Assembly: GCF_964355755.1 (NCBI RefSeq)
Contig: NC_092670.1
Location: 35,886,388-35,950,387 of the forward strand
Length of the DNA stretch: 64,000 bases
DNA from: Antedon mediterranea
Lineage: Eukaryota > Animalia > Echinodermata
Direction: 5' to 3'
How positions within the stretch are numbered: position 1 is the stretch's first letter; every line of letters begins with the position of its first letter. Position numbers and translations under genes: made by a program. The notes beneath the pieces were generated by a model. It was not told where the DNA came from and searched no databases. It saw only the letters and a list, made by a program, of their open reading frames with translations. Below, in pieces: positions 28,061 to 40,900 of the stretch.

Positions 28061-28564
28061 TAATAGGGAGGTTTCGCAACCTTACGAATAAGATAACGAA
28101 AACGGATACGTCATACATTTGTGAAACTTTTGAGCTGATCCCCATTTCATATTCGTAAAGCGTATTCGTGTTGACGAATATCGTAACTACAAAACGAGTA
28201 TAGTTTTTGATCTATTTTTGCACATTTTGCATTAGAATCAGGAATGATTCATGATTATAATATAATTATAGATTTATTGAAATTAATTTACTAAAGTAAT
28301 TTACTGAAATGCCAAGTCAATTTTGATAAATAGCAGTTTTTAAAGTCCTCACTCGCTTTGATGTTACGCTATGCCTAGGCAGCCAAGCACCAAGCAACAC
28401 GTACCTGCGCTTCGCTCAAATTTACCACAGTCATATTTTGGACGCGCCTCAATATTTCGTTGCCATGCGAAACAGATTTTTACTGGCTTACGAAAAACGA
28501 ATACGTGTGCGTGACGTATCCGTTTTCGTTATCGTATTCATAAGGTTGCGAAACCTCTCTATTA
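28061..28564. mobile_element. MITE with ~50-bp TIRs
   Basis: taatagggaggtttcgcaaccttacgaataagataacgaaaacggatacgtca ... tgacgtatccgttttcgttatcgtattcataaggttgcgaaacctctctatta. Confidence 0.85.
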
Positions 28565-29371
28565 TTAAACGCCTCGATTCAGTCTCTTTCATTTGTTTAC
28601 TATTAAGTTATAGCTCTCCACGTTATATATTAACCATGTTGAGGGTATGGTTCGTTTGTATTGGCATGTCATTACACTTGAACTAAGAGTGGCAGTATAT
28701 CTGTTACCACTGGTTCTATGCGAGAAACAATTGCTCCATCGTGGCATGGACATCTATGTAACGTTGCTCATGTTCACGGACCTTTGGTCCATTAATAATG
28801 CATGATCATGATTTTCTCCATAACACAATTAAAGGCTCAATGGCCAACACAAATGAAAGATAGACATTGTGTTCCATTCAAATAAGAGTCACCCAACGTA
28901 AGCACCATGGTGCCTGACGTAATGAATAAAGAACAAATACTATTAGGGGAGCTACTGAAGGTTAATGAACAAAGACCAAACAATAATATTTAGTGGGTCT
29001 TTTTTCTTGACGTCATAGATTCATTTATTTCTTATCGTATATTCATGTTTAGGATTGGTATTAGACGTTAGACAATTAGAAGTTATTTTACTTGTTCTGA
29101 TCCCTGAAACAGTTCTTATTTATTGTTACCATTTAAGTTATTGTAAATGTATGCTTATTTTATTTCTTCCACTGTTTCTAAATAAATGTTAAATTTATCA
29201 TTTGTCTACACACTGTATATGTGTTTCTCGTCCACCAGAATGCCTGCAGTACGTTCAGGACAGTATAATAATGACTGTCTAACCGCGAACCTAAATGTCT
29301 ATAACTTACTAAATTGAACCCATCGATGCGTGTGGTAGGGCCTATACCAATTATTATCATGCATCCACACT

Positions 29372-29710
29372 AAACCTACAAATATTGAACAATGTAGATA
29401 ACTATATGTATATAATTTTTTATTTTGAAGGGCAGCCAATTGAATAAAAATGGCACAGATGCATCTATGTCATATGCCATGAAAGAATATTTTAGCAAGA
29501 TTGCAATTAAAACTCGAATGTTTACGTGATATACTAAACCTACACTTATTGAACAATCTAGAAAACTATAATTATATATAATTTTTATTTTTGAATGCAA
29601 GCCAATTGAATGAAATGAGACAGAGGCCTCTATTTCATATGCCACGTGCCTAAGAAAGAAAGAATATTTTAGCAAGATTGCATTTAAAACTCGAATACTT
29701 ACGTGATATT
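29372..29710. repeat. Tandem duplication, 2 x ~165 bp
   Basis: Unit aaacctaca..tattgaacaat...tttagcaagattgca.ttaaaactcgaat..ttacgtgatat occurs twice. Confidence 0.85.
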
Positions 29711-30183
29711 AATGATGATAAAGTTTTAACAGATCCATACCAAGTTACCAACAGTTATGCATGAGTAGTCCACCAAACACGTTAACACACGGGAATTCTA
29801 AGACCATGGAACTTAACATAGTGAGTTAGTTTTTTTTAAACAATTATATTTTAATAATTATTGAAACAATAAGTTTTTAATAAGTTAATTTTCCCAAAAC
29901 AACACAATTTCCCATGAAAGCTATGTCGAATCATGTAGGTATAATCAAATTAGTAATGAAAATGTAATGAAATATATTTTTCTCAAGATATCAGAATACC
30001 GCCCAGTACCCTTGTGCAAAATGGTAGCGTCTTGTCACCCTGACAACAATAGTGTTTATAGCGCTTCTTGTAAGTTAACTTACAAAAGTTATTCAAGCAC
30101 TTGAAGCATATGACTCAACATAATAGGTTTCCATTGAATTATAAAGTATAAGTTTACATGTAGATTTACACGACAGAGTAGTT

Positions 30184-30485
30184 TTGCATTACCGGATAAT
30201 TATATGTTTTGTTGTAGGCCTACCGAAATACACCCCCTAAAGTCGATATATCATGTATGGATCATCATCAGGCTACTTAACTTGTTTAAACCATTTTAAT
30301 CTTTTGATTTGTGTCAATCTTCATTTTGGTGTGTTTTATTTGCATTACCGGATAATTATATGTTTTTTGTTGTACCGAAATACACCTACTAACGTCGATG
30401 TATCATGTATGGATCATCATCAGGCTACTTAACTTGTTTAAACCATTTTAATCTCACGCGAATCTTCATTTTGGTGTGTTTTATT
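30184..30485. repeat. Tandem duplication, 2 x ~150 bp
   Basis: ttgcattaccggataattatatg...ggatcatcatcaggctacttaac...aatcttcattttggtgtgttttat occurs twice. Confidence 0.88.
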
Positions 30486-31927
30486 GTGTTGTACAGTTCT
30501 CATATGTTTCTTCTAAGGGAGGTGAATAAATTTGAATTAAATTTCTTCTTTGATCGGTCATTGATCTGTCAATAGAAACACACAAAAAAATTTGTATTGC
30601 AGTAACTAATCCATGCTTACTTAAAGTGATAGAAAGGTTATACAGTAAGACTTCAAGGGTTGCTCTAGGAGTAATTATAGGCTACAAACTATAGTTTTTA
30701 TATGACCCATTTACGATTGAAAAATATTACCATCATAATGGTAATATTGTTATATGTATATATTTTTCTTCCTCAACCTGTATGACATTTTAATTAATGA
30801 TTTTTTTTTTACCCTGGGCATTTTTAATTTATCTTAGGACTAAAGAAAAGAAGCTTTTCTCTTATCCCAGCAATATTGTATGTAATAACAATGTAAATAT
30901 ATAATGTTGGATAAATGAATGTTTGCCATCATATTATATCGGTCGTTTAAGCGAAGGAATGCTTCTTTGGTTGTATCGTACCTGTATTGCAGTAATTGGG
31001 TTTATTACCACCTATTAACGACGTACTTATCTGGTCAAAATTACTGTGTAGGTGTAAAATGAACAAACGATGAAAGTAACTAAAACATAGGCTACAAATA
31101 TACACGTATATCACATATGGTTCTTTGTTTTATTATTATTAACATACACCAATATTCATACTAAATTTTATTTCAGATAGCATAACGTATGTATGTTGTA
31201 ATGAATACGCATCAAAACCGTTACTTAAAAGAGGCAAAAAACAAATGTTTATTTTGCACAAATACAATTTCCTTCAAAAAGTCGGTTAGCCTATATACAG
31301 TATATTATGCACGGTAGCTTAGAATTCCATAAAAATGACATCTACTTTGTTTATTCAATAGCGTAAAGTAAACCTGTCTTTTCCCTCTGTTTACGGAGCA
31401 ATAGACAACCAAAGCTCTATCTACTAACAGCATCAATAGACACTATTGACATAATTCTCACTACGATGTTTAAAAATCGTTTGTTTAAAAATGGCTTGTT
31501 TATGCAATCACGAAACTTTATATTTCTCCGTTACGTCACGTCGATATTTTATAATTGATTATATGATCTTTCTAATTACACTCGCCGCTCTAAAATTATA
31601 ATCGCCTATCATTTGTATTATATTTGTAGTACTACTGTATTTACAATTATGAGCAACACGGTTATAATATCAGGGCACATTTACCCATAACCAACACATG
31701 ATTAATTCCCGGGTACTCTATTGCAAATCCTAAATTCGCCAAGCAGTTTATAAAAGTACTGAAATGATACATTTTTAATATGAAACATCAATTCTGGTCC
31801 GTCCAACATTAACAATGAATACCATGAATATACTGCCCTCTATAGATTTAAAACAAAGAAAGTACGATCCCTTCACACACTCGTATTTCTAAAACATTTA
31901 AATACTGTACAAATTTCGTATAGACCA

Positions 31928-34900
31928 TTAGATACTTGTGTCATTGGGAACATTACACGGAAGCAAGACCGTGTATGGAATGTCACGTCTTCTGTTTCGC
32001 TCTTCGATGGCATGTCCTACCTTTCGGAGGTCACGCCGAAATCTAAAAAAAAAAAAAATGTTGTTGAACAGCGGTAAAAACATTTAATGGCAATGTTCTA
32101 TTGCTGGTGTATGTACGTTCGTTTTAGTGACGATTCCAGTTAAAAGACCCTGGTGTCCTAATGACGATGCCGTCAATGGTATTACCTCACTATACCATAA
32201 AATCATGAAAGAAATTGCCGTTTGATTGGTTAATTACGTATCACGTGCATTACTTCTACCATGGAGGAATGAGAATGCGCGAGGATGTTGACTGACCCGC
32301 GTTCGGGTTTAGTTTATCCTGCTTTATTTTTAACATGGCTCTACCTCGTTGATATAGAGCAATCAATGTTTTAACTCGTGAAACAAACTCACAAACATCC
32401 ATTATTAATTTGTATACATACCGTATATAATAGAAATCATACGCAATTATGCATGATGACGTAAACAATTGGGAAAATATAGAAATAACTTACTGCGCAT
32501 GAGCAGCAACCCCAACTTCGTCGTACATACATGGAACTTCCATCTCCCCAAGCGGGCTCGTGTTTTTAATGCTAAGGAACTTCATGATAACCAACGTGCC
32601 TAAAGTCAATAATTTTGGCGGCAGTGCGTCAAGAATGTCTGCTTCGGTACGCATACTCTGTGGATAAATAATAAACACGTCATAAAAATTTCGCCATGTC
32701 TGACGGTTCACTTTTAAAGAAGCAATGTTACTTTTGGCAAAAACATAGGAGACATCCTTAAGCTCTGTCTACACTATCAAACTAGTTTGACAAAATAAGT
32801 GTGATGTGCCCAAATATGGTATTGATATGCCCAAATATGGTAGTGATATGACATCATCTTGTCCATATAGATAAATGCAAGTGGATTTAGTTGGGCTATA
32901 CAAACTTCTTGCTTCTGTTTTCATTGCTTTTTCAATGCGATTACCTTGTCACGTGGTCTTTCGCCTGCAACAAACCCGCTGTACATTAGTGGAAAGGCAT
33001 GTTGGTCGTATTGGTCGAAGTTCACAGCAGCATGCTGCACGCTGAGGTTAAAGATTATAGTTGACAACACGTCAATGACCTCTTTCTTTTCTGTGAACTT
33101 TCCATCACCAGGAATTCCCTATAATATAACATTAACATTTAAGTAATACATCTTTAAAAAATGACAAATGCAGTATTGTTTTCGTTTATGGGTTTTGATA
33201 TTTCTTTTCGTACATAAGTTGGGGACCCCTCATGAAACGTCTTATCATAAAGTGTGACGTAAGAATTGAGCTAACTACAATTCGCTAATGCAAAAGTTTT
33301 CTGTCGAGCCGCCTGTGTAGTCAAGTGGATTAGAATATGGACTTTACCGTGTCCATGTATCGAGTTCGAATCCCATGAGCAACTTTATTTTACTTTAGGT
33401 CTATAGTGAGAGAGATTTATTAAGAGAGTTAGGTTTAGTTATATTTAGGAAGTAGTTCGGCTATCTTTAACATAAGGGGTCCCCAACTTATGTACGAAAA
33501 AAAAACATTCTCCCCAGGCAATGTGATAATTTAAACGTTTATATTGAATTCATCGGTGGTAACAAGAAACGACAATCAACACGGAAGTTATACCGATCAC
33601 TGAGCTACAATGTATTGTTAAATATGTATTGTCCCTTGAAACACGAAAAATGAAGGTCAAAATATTTTTTATTCAAATTAGCCATATCAAAGTAATATTA
33701 AAGTTATTCACTTTAAGTCGAAAATTTAAGCCAAAAACAAAAAGTTTACGTAATTAACAGGTAAATTAGTTTGATTACAGTTCATCTGGAAAATTGTCGC
33801 TAGCGAAAGTAAACAAAGATTTCAAACCACGAGTATGCATTATGCATGATAGGTTAATCAGGATTGTTTACAACTCGTCAGAGTTGAGAAGGTGTTTTCA
33901 CACAGATTGCAAAGAAGTTTTATGATTATGCATACAAAGAGTAGCCAAACAAGTGCTTTGCATTATGAGATATGTTTTGATCGAAAACTTTGACTGGAAG
34001 TCAAAGTTATTTTTTTAACAAAAAAAAGCATCTGTATTTCAGTTAAATGATTTTTTTTTTGACTAATTTTTGGTGAAAGTTAATAACTATTATGATACTT
34101 TAAAATGACCCACTTTTTTCGAAATCTTTTTAAAAAATTTTTTTTGGAATTTGTCAAAGGGACAATACATCTTTAACGGGTTCATTTTCAACTTGCCCTG
34201 ATTTACCAAAAGTGAATTATATATATGTAGGAATTTTGTTCCCATTCCCATTCTAAACAGTCATTAACCTATAACAAGAATAGTTGTACAATGTACATTT
34301 TAAATTACAATGCTTGCTCAAGCACTAAATTGAATATATTGAGGTTTTGTGCATTCACAGTAGATTTGTCGTATATAGGGTGCACGCTGAGAGAAAGGTA
34401 CCACCATATATCCAATAATAAGATAGCTACGTACACATATGCACATGCTATTTATAATTAATATATTATATTATCACCCTAAAGTAACAACCGTCCTCTG
34501 AACGAAGAGCAGCGGCAAAATCCTGTAGCTCCCAGTCATTTTTAATTGCATCCTCTTCATCTACAGAAAAAAAAACATACATTGTGTTATACCAGGGAAG
34601 CGTGAAATTCACTCTTCCTTGCTATAAGGAATTCCAGCCGAACAACTTTCTAAAATTCACACATATCCCAGGCTAAAACGATGTTGATGCTTTGGAAGTT
34701 AAAAAAACACCAAAGACAAAATTAAATTAACATTATCCATTATAATATTACACTTTCTTTTTATAACATTTATGTACAAAAGAATAGAAAGTTTACTGGG
34801 GTTAAGTTGAACTATTAAGATTTAAAAAAATCACACAGAAATCAAAAGAACACACAATCAATAGATCGATAATTATTGAATGTATGATCAATTAGAAACA

Positions 34901-37900
34901 TTTTGCCTGCACATTGTCTTTCAAATTTATAACATTTATGTATACAAAATAATGGGAAATTTACTGGGGTAATGTGAACTATCCTAAGTTTTAAAAAATC
35001 TCACAGAACCAAAAACAACACACAATCGATAGATCGATAATTATTGAATGTATGATCAATTACAAAAGTATGTCTGTACCATGCCTTCCTTTAACATTGT
35101 ACCGTACCGTACTGTTTTCTCTTAAGTTATATTCCCACTACTACAAACGCAATGCAAGGACGTAACGCAACGTAAGCGAGTCTACCAATCACAAGCGATG
35201 GAATAAATTCGAACAGCCGCTTGCCATTGGTCAACTCGTTTGCGTTGCGTCTACGTCACCGCGTTGCGTCCTAGTGGGAACCAAGCTTTACCGTAATGCG
35301 CATTGACAATTGCTCCGACGTATTTCATGATGGCTTCCCAATACAGCAACGCATCATCTCGGTAGTAATACTTCGGTAATATCTTCGGATTTTCGAGTCC
35401 TCGGGATTTTATTTGTTCGGGATACATCGAGTCACGATCAAATCTCCAATTATTCTGGAAATGTCCTTTCATCAACTGTATGCTTCCTTTCAGACCCATC
35501 TTGAAAAGACGATCAAACGCCCCGCCCTCCATTAAAAGCCGTTCAAACCCGAAGCTAAGAGGAAGAAACTACGTATCAATAAACACTAACATCACTTACT
35601 GAATACGCGGGACACTCGCGTGTCCTTATAGTTTGCCTTTAAAATATACTCATATGAAAGGAAATGGCACGAAAAGCACACGTGTGTACGTCACACCTCG
35701 ATGGGTAATGACATCATAATGATTACATTATCACAATCATAAACAACAACAAATAAATAAAATGAATTCTTACTCATTTATTGCCATAACATTTTTAAAG
35801 TGCGGCAGCAAAAGTCGGTGGAGTGGATGCGACGGTGAGAGGTTCCTATGCATAGCTACTCCAGCTGATGCTGACACTAAATGTGTGTAGCATAAATGAG
35901 TACATGCCTCGTGGAATGATGCATCGGCCATGTTGAACCACATTTTGGCAAGTATCCACGTATACTTGTTATCGGTTGGAAGGAAAACCTGTTTAAAAAG
36001 TTGAAAATTAACAATAGGCTATTTAACATGTTATACGAAGTATAAAACAATATTAGATTGTTAAAACAAACATGCGTTGTGACATCTTCCGAATTAGACC
36101 ACGGATACACAGCGAAAAAGCTCTCTGTAAACGCCAACGGTTATTTTTAGTTTCATACGCATTCAACAGCGGCAATAACAGGATGGATAAACTATTTTAT
36201 AAGATCAAAATTACATTTAAGGCATAGGGAGTGGAGTTGAAAGAGTCATGAGTTACAACACTGACACTAGTTTAGGATTGAACCCCGGACCTTGGGATTG
36301 GAAGGCAAGTACGTTAACCACTAAGTTACAGCTCCACTACTATGAACAGGGAAGAATCTCACTCTTCCTACTTCGTTCATGGAAATACCGTGCGTTGGGA
36401 AAGTCTCCACAAAGTGGCCTACCAAAGACACTTAACCCTCTAGAATTTCTTAAATAGAACCACCTGAACTTACAGGATTGTCGTCTGCTGGTTCTTGTTC
36501 AAGTTGAATTGCAACTGGCATAAGGTCATCTGCATCATCCACAAACAACAACGCTATTGGATTGGGAATCTAATATAAAAAAATACATTAAAACTTTAAA
36601 ACATTGTGGACTTTTGTGAATGTTATACATTTACGCCAGTGGCATAACGGCTATGAGCTCTCATTGGCTAAACCCAGAGGGGCATCCAGAGCGTGTGGGT
36701 GCCCTGAGCAAGAAGAAAGGCATTAAAATATGTCGAAAAGGCTAAAAACGCCCGAGGCGCCTAGCGTTGGAGGGCCACTAAAGCTTGTTTCCCACTATAA
36801 CGTAACGCAAGGACGTAAACGCAACGCAAGCGTTTTAACCAATGACAAGCGAAGTTATAGACAGTTAGCAATCACAAGCGAATAAGCCATCGCTTGTGAT
36901 TGGTCAATTCACTTGCGTTGCGTTACGTCCTTGTGTTGCGTCGCTAGTGGGAACCACGCTTTAGGGTTCCTAAATCAGGGCCCTCAGTCACCTGCGTAAC
37001 GCCACTGCTTTACGCTGCTTCATAAGCGTAATTTCTGTTTTACATAAATAAAATAATATGGTAAGTGTATCTGGTACAGTGGAACTCGAGAAGATAAGTA
37101 GACCGGATTCAACTCGTTAATAAATAAATGTTTAAAGATTCAACAATGATAAGTGCAGTTACGTCGTTGTGTTGTAACAGGAGTAGGCCTACGTGCAATT
37201 CATAAGAGCATTCACAGGAAAGCCAAAATGGGTAGTTGAAACGGGATTGACTTGACTGGGACCGATGGTATAGGGCCGATTTGACCTGCTTGCATTCCCT
37301 TTCACGCTATTAGAAGTAACAAGTTAATTGTATTTTTTTTAGACATTAGCCATAGGACGTTAACTACTGAATTGAGAAATGCAATGTTTTTCCACACACA
37401 TAATAAAGAATGAATTGTATTAACGTTTGTGGGCATTTTAGTAACCAAGTCGACCATAAATGAGTAGAAAGAGACTGAACCTTCTTGTGTTTACGATATA
37501 TAATTGTGTGCTGATTCCCTTTCAAATTATATAGGGTGTCGTAAACACGAGGTCAAAAGTTTCATTGAATTTAGTATAGACCATGAATTGCTTCATGGTC
37601 GAGTACACGATTATACTTTAATTTGTATGAAAGGAGAATTTCTAGTTAGTTTTTCTCCGGTTGGTTGTATTGAAACACCAGGACTACCTTATTATTTTTA
37701 AAAAATCAAATAATGATTAAATATATAGATAAAATAAATCTGAGCAACTAATATTCGACTTATGAAGGTGGCAATGTTTGACGTCTTATCGAAGTCTCGC
37801 ATAAAAAACCGACTAGTTTTGTTGGGGTCAAAACGTTAGAAAATAGCAGTAGTAGTAGTCTCATTGTAATGAGGCCTATTTACAATACAGGCCTACGTTA

Positions 37901-40900
37901 ACACTAGACTTAGCCTAAGTTTTAAGTTGTCCTCTTTTTTATGCTGTAGTGTTAGTATTAATCGGCCTTTTGATCTTTGTCTACTGCAAACTAGTAATTC
38001 CACCTCAAGTACATGTAAAACGCAATGTGTGCCAAAATGTTTATCCTTTTACCAATATCAAGTCGAATGACTGACGTAATATTGGCTAAAAGCAGGGAAG
38101 AGTTAAATTAAATAAATAATTTAACTCTTCCCTGGCTAAAAGTAATGAAAATACAAATCAGGATAAACAGAATGCTACTGTTATTTATTACTAATTAATA
38201 TGACTCATCAGTACAAACAGATCCACTAATATTGTATTGGACACTCCGACAGTGTTAAGCCTACCTCGGGAATTCCTTCAAGGTCTTTGTAATCGATATA
38301 GAAAAGCCGGTTCTGGGCTATTGCTTCCGTGATCGTTAAACCGCACAACGATGGGGTTAACATATCTTCCGTTACTGCCAATCTGTAAAATAGACAAAAT
38401 ACTAATAAGGATGTTCTTGAAACCTTCCTAATATCACACTGAATGTTTGATGTAAATGTTCAGATATTAACAACATTTAGATGTTGCCGGTTATTCTCAC
38501 AGTACTAAATCAATATCTTAAAAGGATAAAGATTAATTTGCACTGAAACAAATAAATTCAATAATACTGGGGTTCCCTTTTTGACGTATTTAGGCTTGAA
38601 ATGGTTGATTTAAAGAGAAGTTTTTTATTATTAAATTATATTATATCAATATTTATAAAGCGTCAATTCAAAGACCGAGGTACAATAGTGGTCGAAAAAA
38701 TGAGTTTTGAGCAATTTTTTAAATAAGGCAACAGAAGAGCAGTGTTTAATTTGTGGGGAGAATAATAAAAGCATAACCACATCCTAATATTATATATTAT
38801 CTAATAAATCTATCGACACACCTAAAAACACATCCTGTATTTGGTATTTGTATTCACTATAATTAGGTATATAGGTCTATTAGAGCCTATGGAAAAAAAA
38901 TCAACGAACTGATCATTTTTTCTTCTATTATTTCTTTATAATGGTTATTTATTAAGAAAACCAGGCTATATAACATTAGTATAAGTAAACCCATCTTTAA
39001 CTTACTTTTCTGGGATCTCTTTGCATATTTGAACTCGGTAAGGATTTGTACCGTTCATTATATTGTTACCAAAATGCTTATCAGACTCCCAGTTATCAAG
39101 ACCCTTCATAAAAAAACAAAACATTAAAGTTATAATAGAGTCATAGCGATATAGATTTCTGGATAGCGATTCTTATTTTTTTTGTACATGCGCAGATTTT
39201 AATGTTTCTTATGAAATTTATTAAATCTATCGTATCGTAAAAAATAACCATAATAACGTGTATAGTGCAGGGATTTTTTACAAAAAGTATTAATTCACAC
39301 ACAATCCTGGCAATATCACAGGCAGGCCCGTAGCCAGGGTTTTTTTTTGGGGTTCGGGCGAACCCCCCCTTTTGCGCGAACCCCCCTTTTACCAGCGAAC
39401 CCCCCTTGAAAAACAAAGGCCCCACTTCCAAAATCGTGCAATTAATTATCAATTATAGCAGATTTTTTGGTCATTTTACTTCTATTGACTATGTTTAAAT
39501 CGATCGAATATACAGATTGTCCGATGTCAAAGTCACTGCTGAGCGTGATATCGAGAGATTGTTGAGAGATGATGGTTATAAATATGACAGAAAAATGGAC
39601 TGACCAATCGCGTGCTTCGGCCGGGCTTCGGAACGCACAAGATCACGTTCAGTTCAGTTCAATCTTTTTGGGGATTTTTATTTTTTCCTGGAAATATTTT
39701 TCATTAAACCAAAGAATTTCACTGTTTAAACTTGAATAAAAATGGTGCTGAGTTAAATTGGTACGTGTACGTAGGCCTACCGTATATTTCGGTGTATAAG
39801 ACGCACTTTTGACACGCAAATTTGACCTCTAAATGTAACCCTAATTAATTTAATTACCTACTAATACTTAAATTAATTAAAAATAGTGTAGGCCTACTAC
39901 TCTGCAATGTAGGCCTAGCTAGTTACTCACTCCTGTCTAACCACAGTGTGGTAACAAGTTTATTGAATTTTTAGTTAAGGTAAATTGTCATCCTCGACTG
40001 TATTAATTAATATTACAGTACGCATTAGATATTCTACCCAGGCCTAGCAATACTCTCTGAACTCGCGGTTGTGTATTCTAGCAGCATGCAGCATCATCAC
40101 AGCGCAACACATTTATGGAAGAGTCCATTAATTACGGTGGTGTCACATTTTATTTACACAATAACTATTTCCCTTGATCACGATGGTTTATTTTTATTAC
40201 ATCTCTATGTCAACAATCACATAATTTTATAATCATGTAGTCAATAGTTCGTATGTCAAGCGATATCTAAAAGAGTGTGTTGTTATTGTGTTAAGTAGCT
40301 TCCCCTAATCTTATAGTGTATATGGCCAACAGTGCTGGCCACCAGGCAAGGAGCACATGGTTAGTGCTCTCTCCTCATATTGCTGTAATGCATGCATGGA
40401 AATAGGAAAGATTTTCATATAGGCCTACCCAACATGATATTCCTGGTTCATTATCAGCCCAAAAAACTGAACATCATTTGGATTGATTTTATAATGGTCA
40501 TACACACAATAAGAAGGTATATATTTAAATAATATGAAATTAAAGTTACTTAAATAGACTTAGGCTAGCCCTACCCACACAGTGCATCGTAACTGAAACA
40601 ATATGGGGATTTCCCTTTTCATTGAACGTTCAGTTGAAGTAGAGACTGATTACGATGTAATAAAGGCAATCAAACAAAATTATATCATTTGATTCTAATA
40701 TGTCTCAAATATCGTTATTTTATTATTAAAATACCATTGTTTTGATTGTAAAATGTTTAAATTTCGGCCTAGAAATAAGTGCGTCTTATGCATCGACTAC
40801 ATAAAAAATACTAATATTTCAGTCTCCGTTATGGGTGCGTCTTATACACAGGTGCGACTTGTACACCGAAATATACGGTACTATTTGTTTTTTATGTTTA

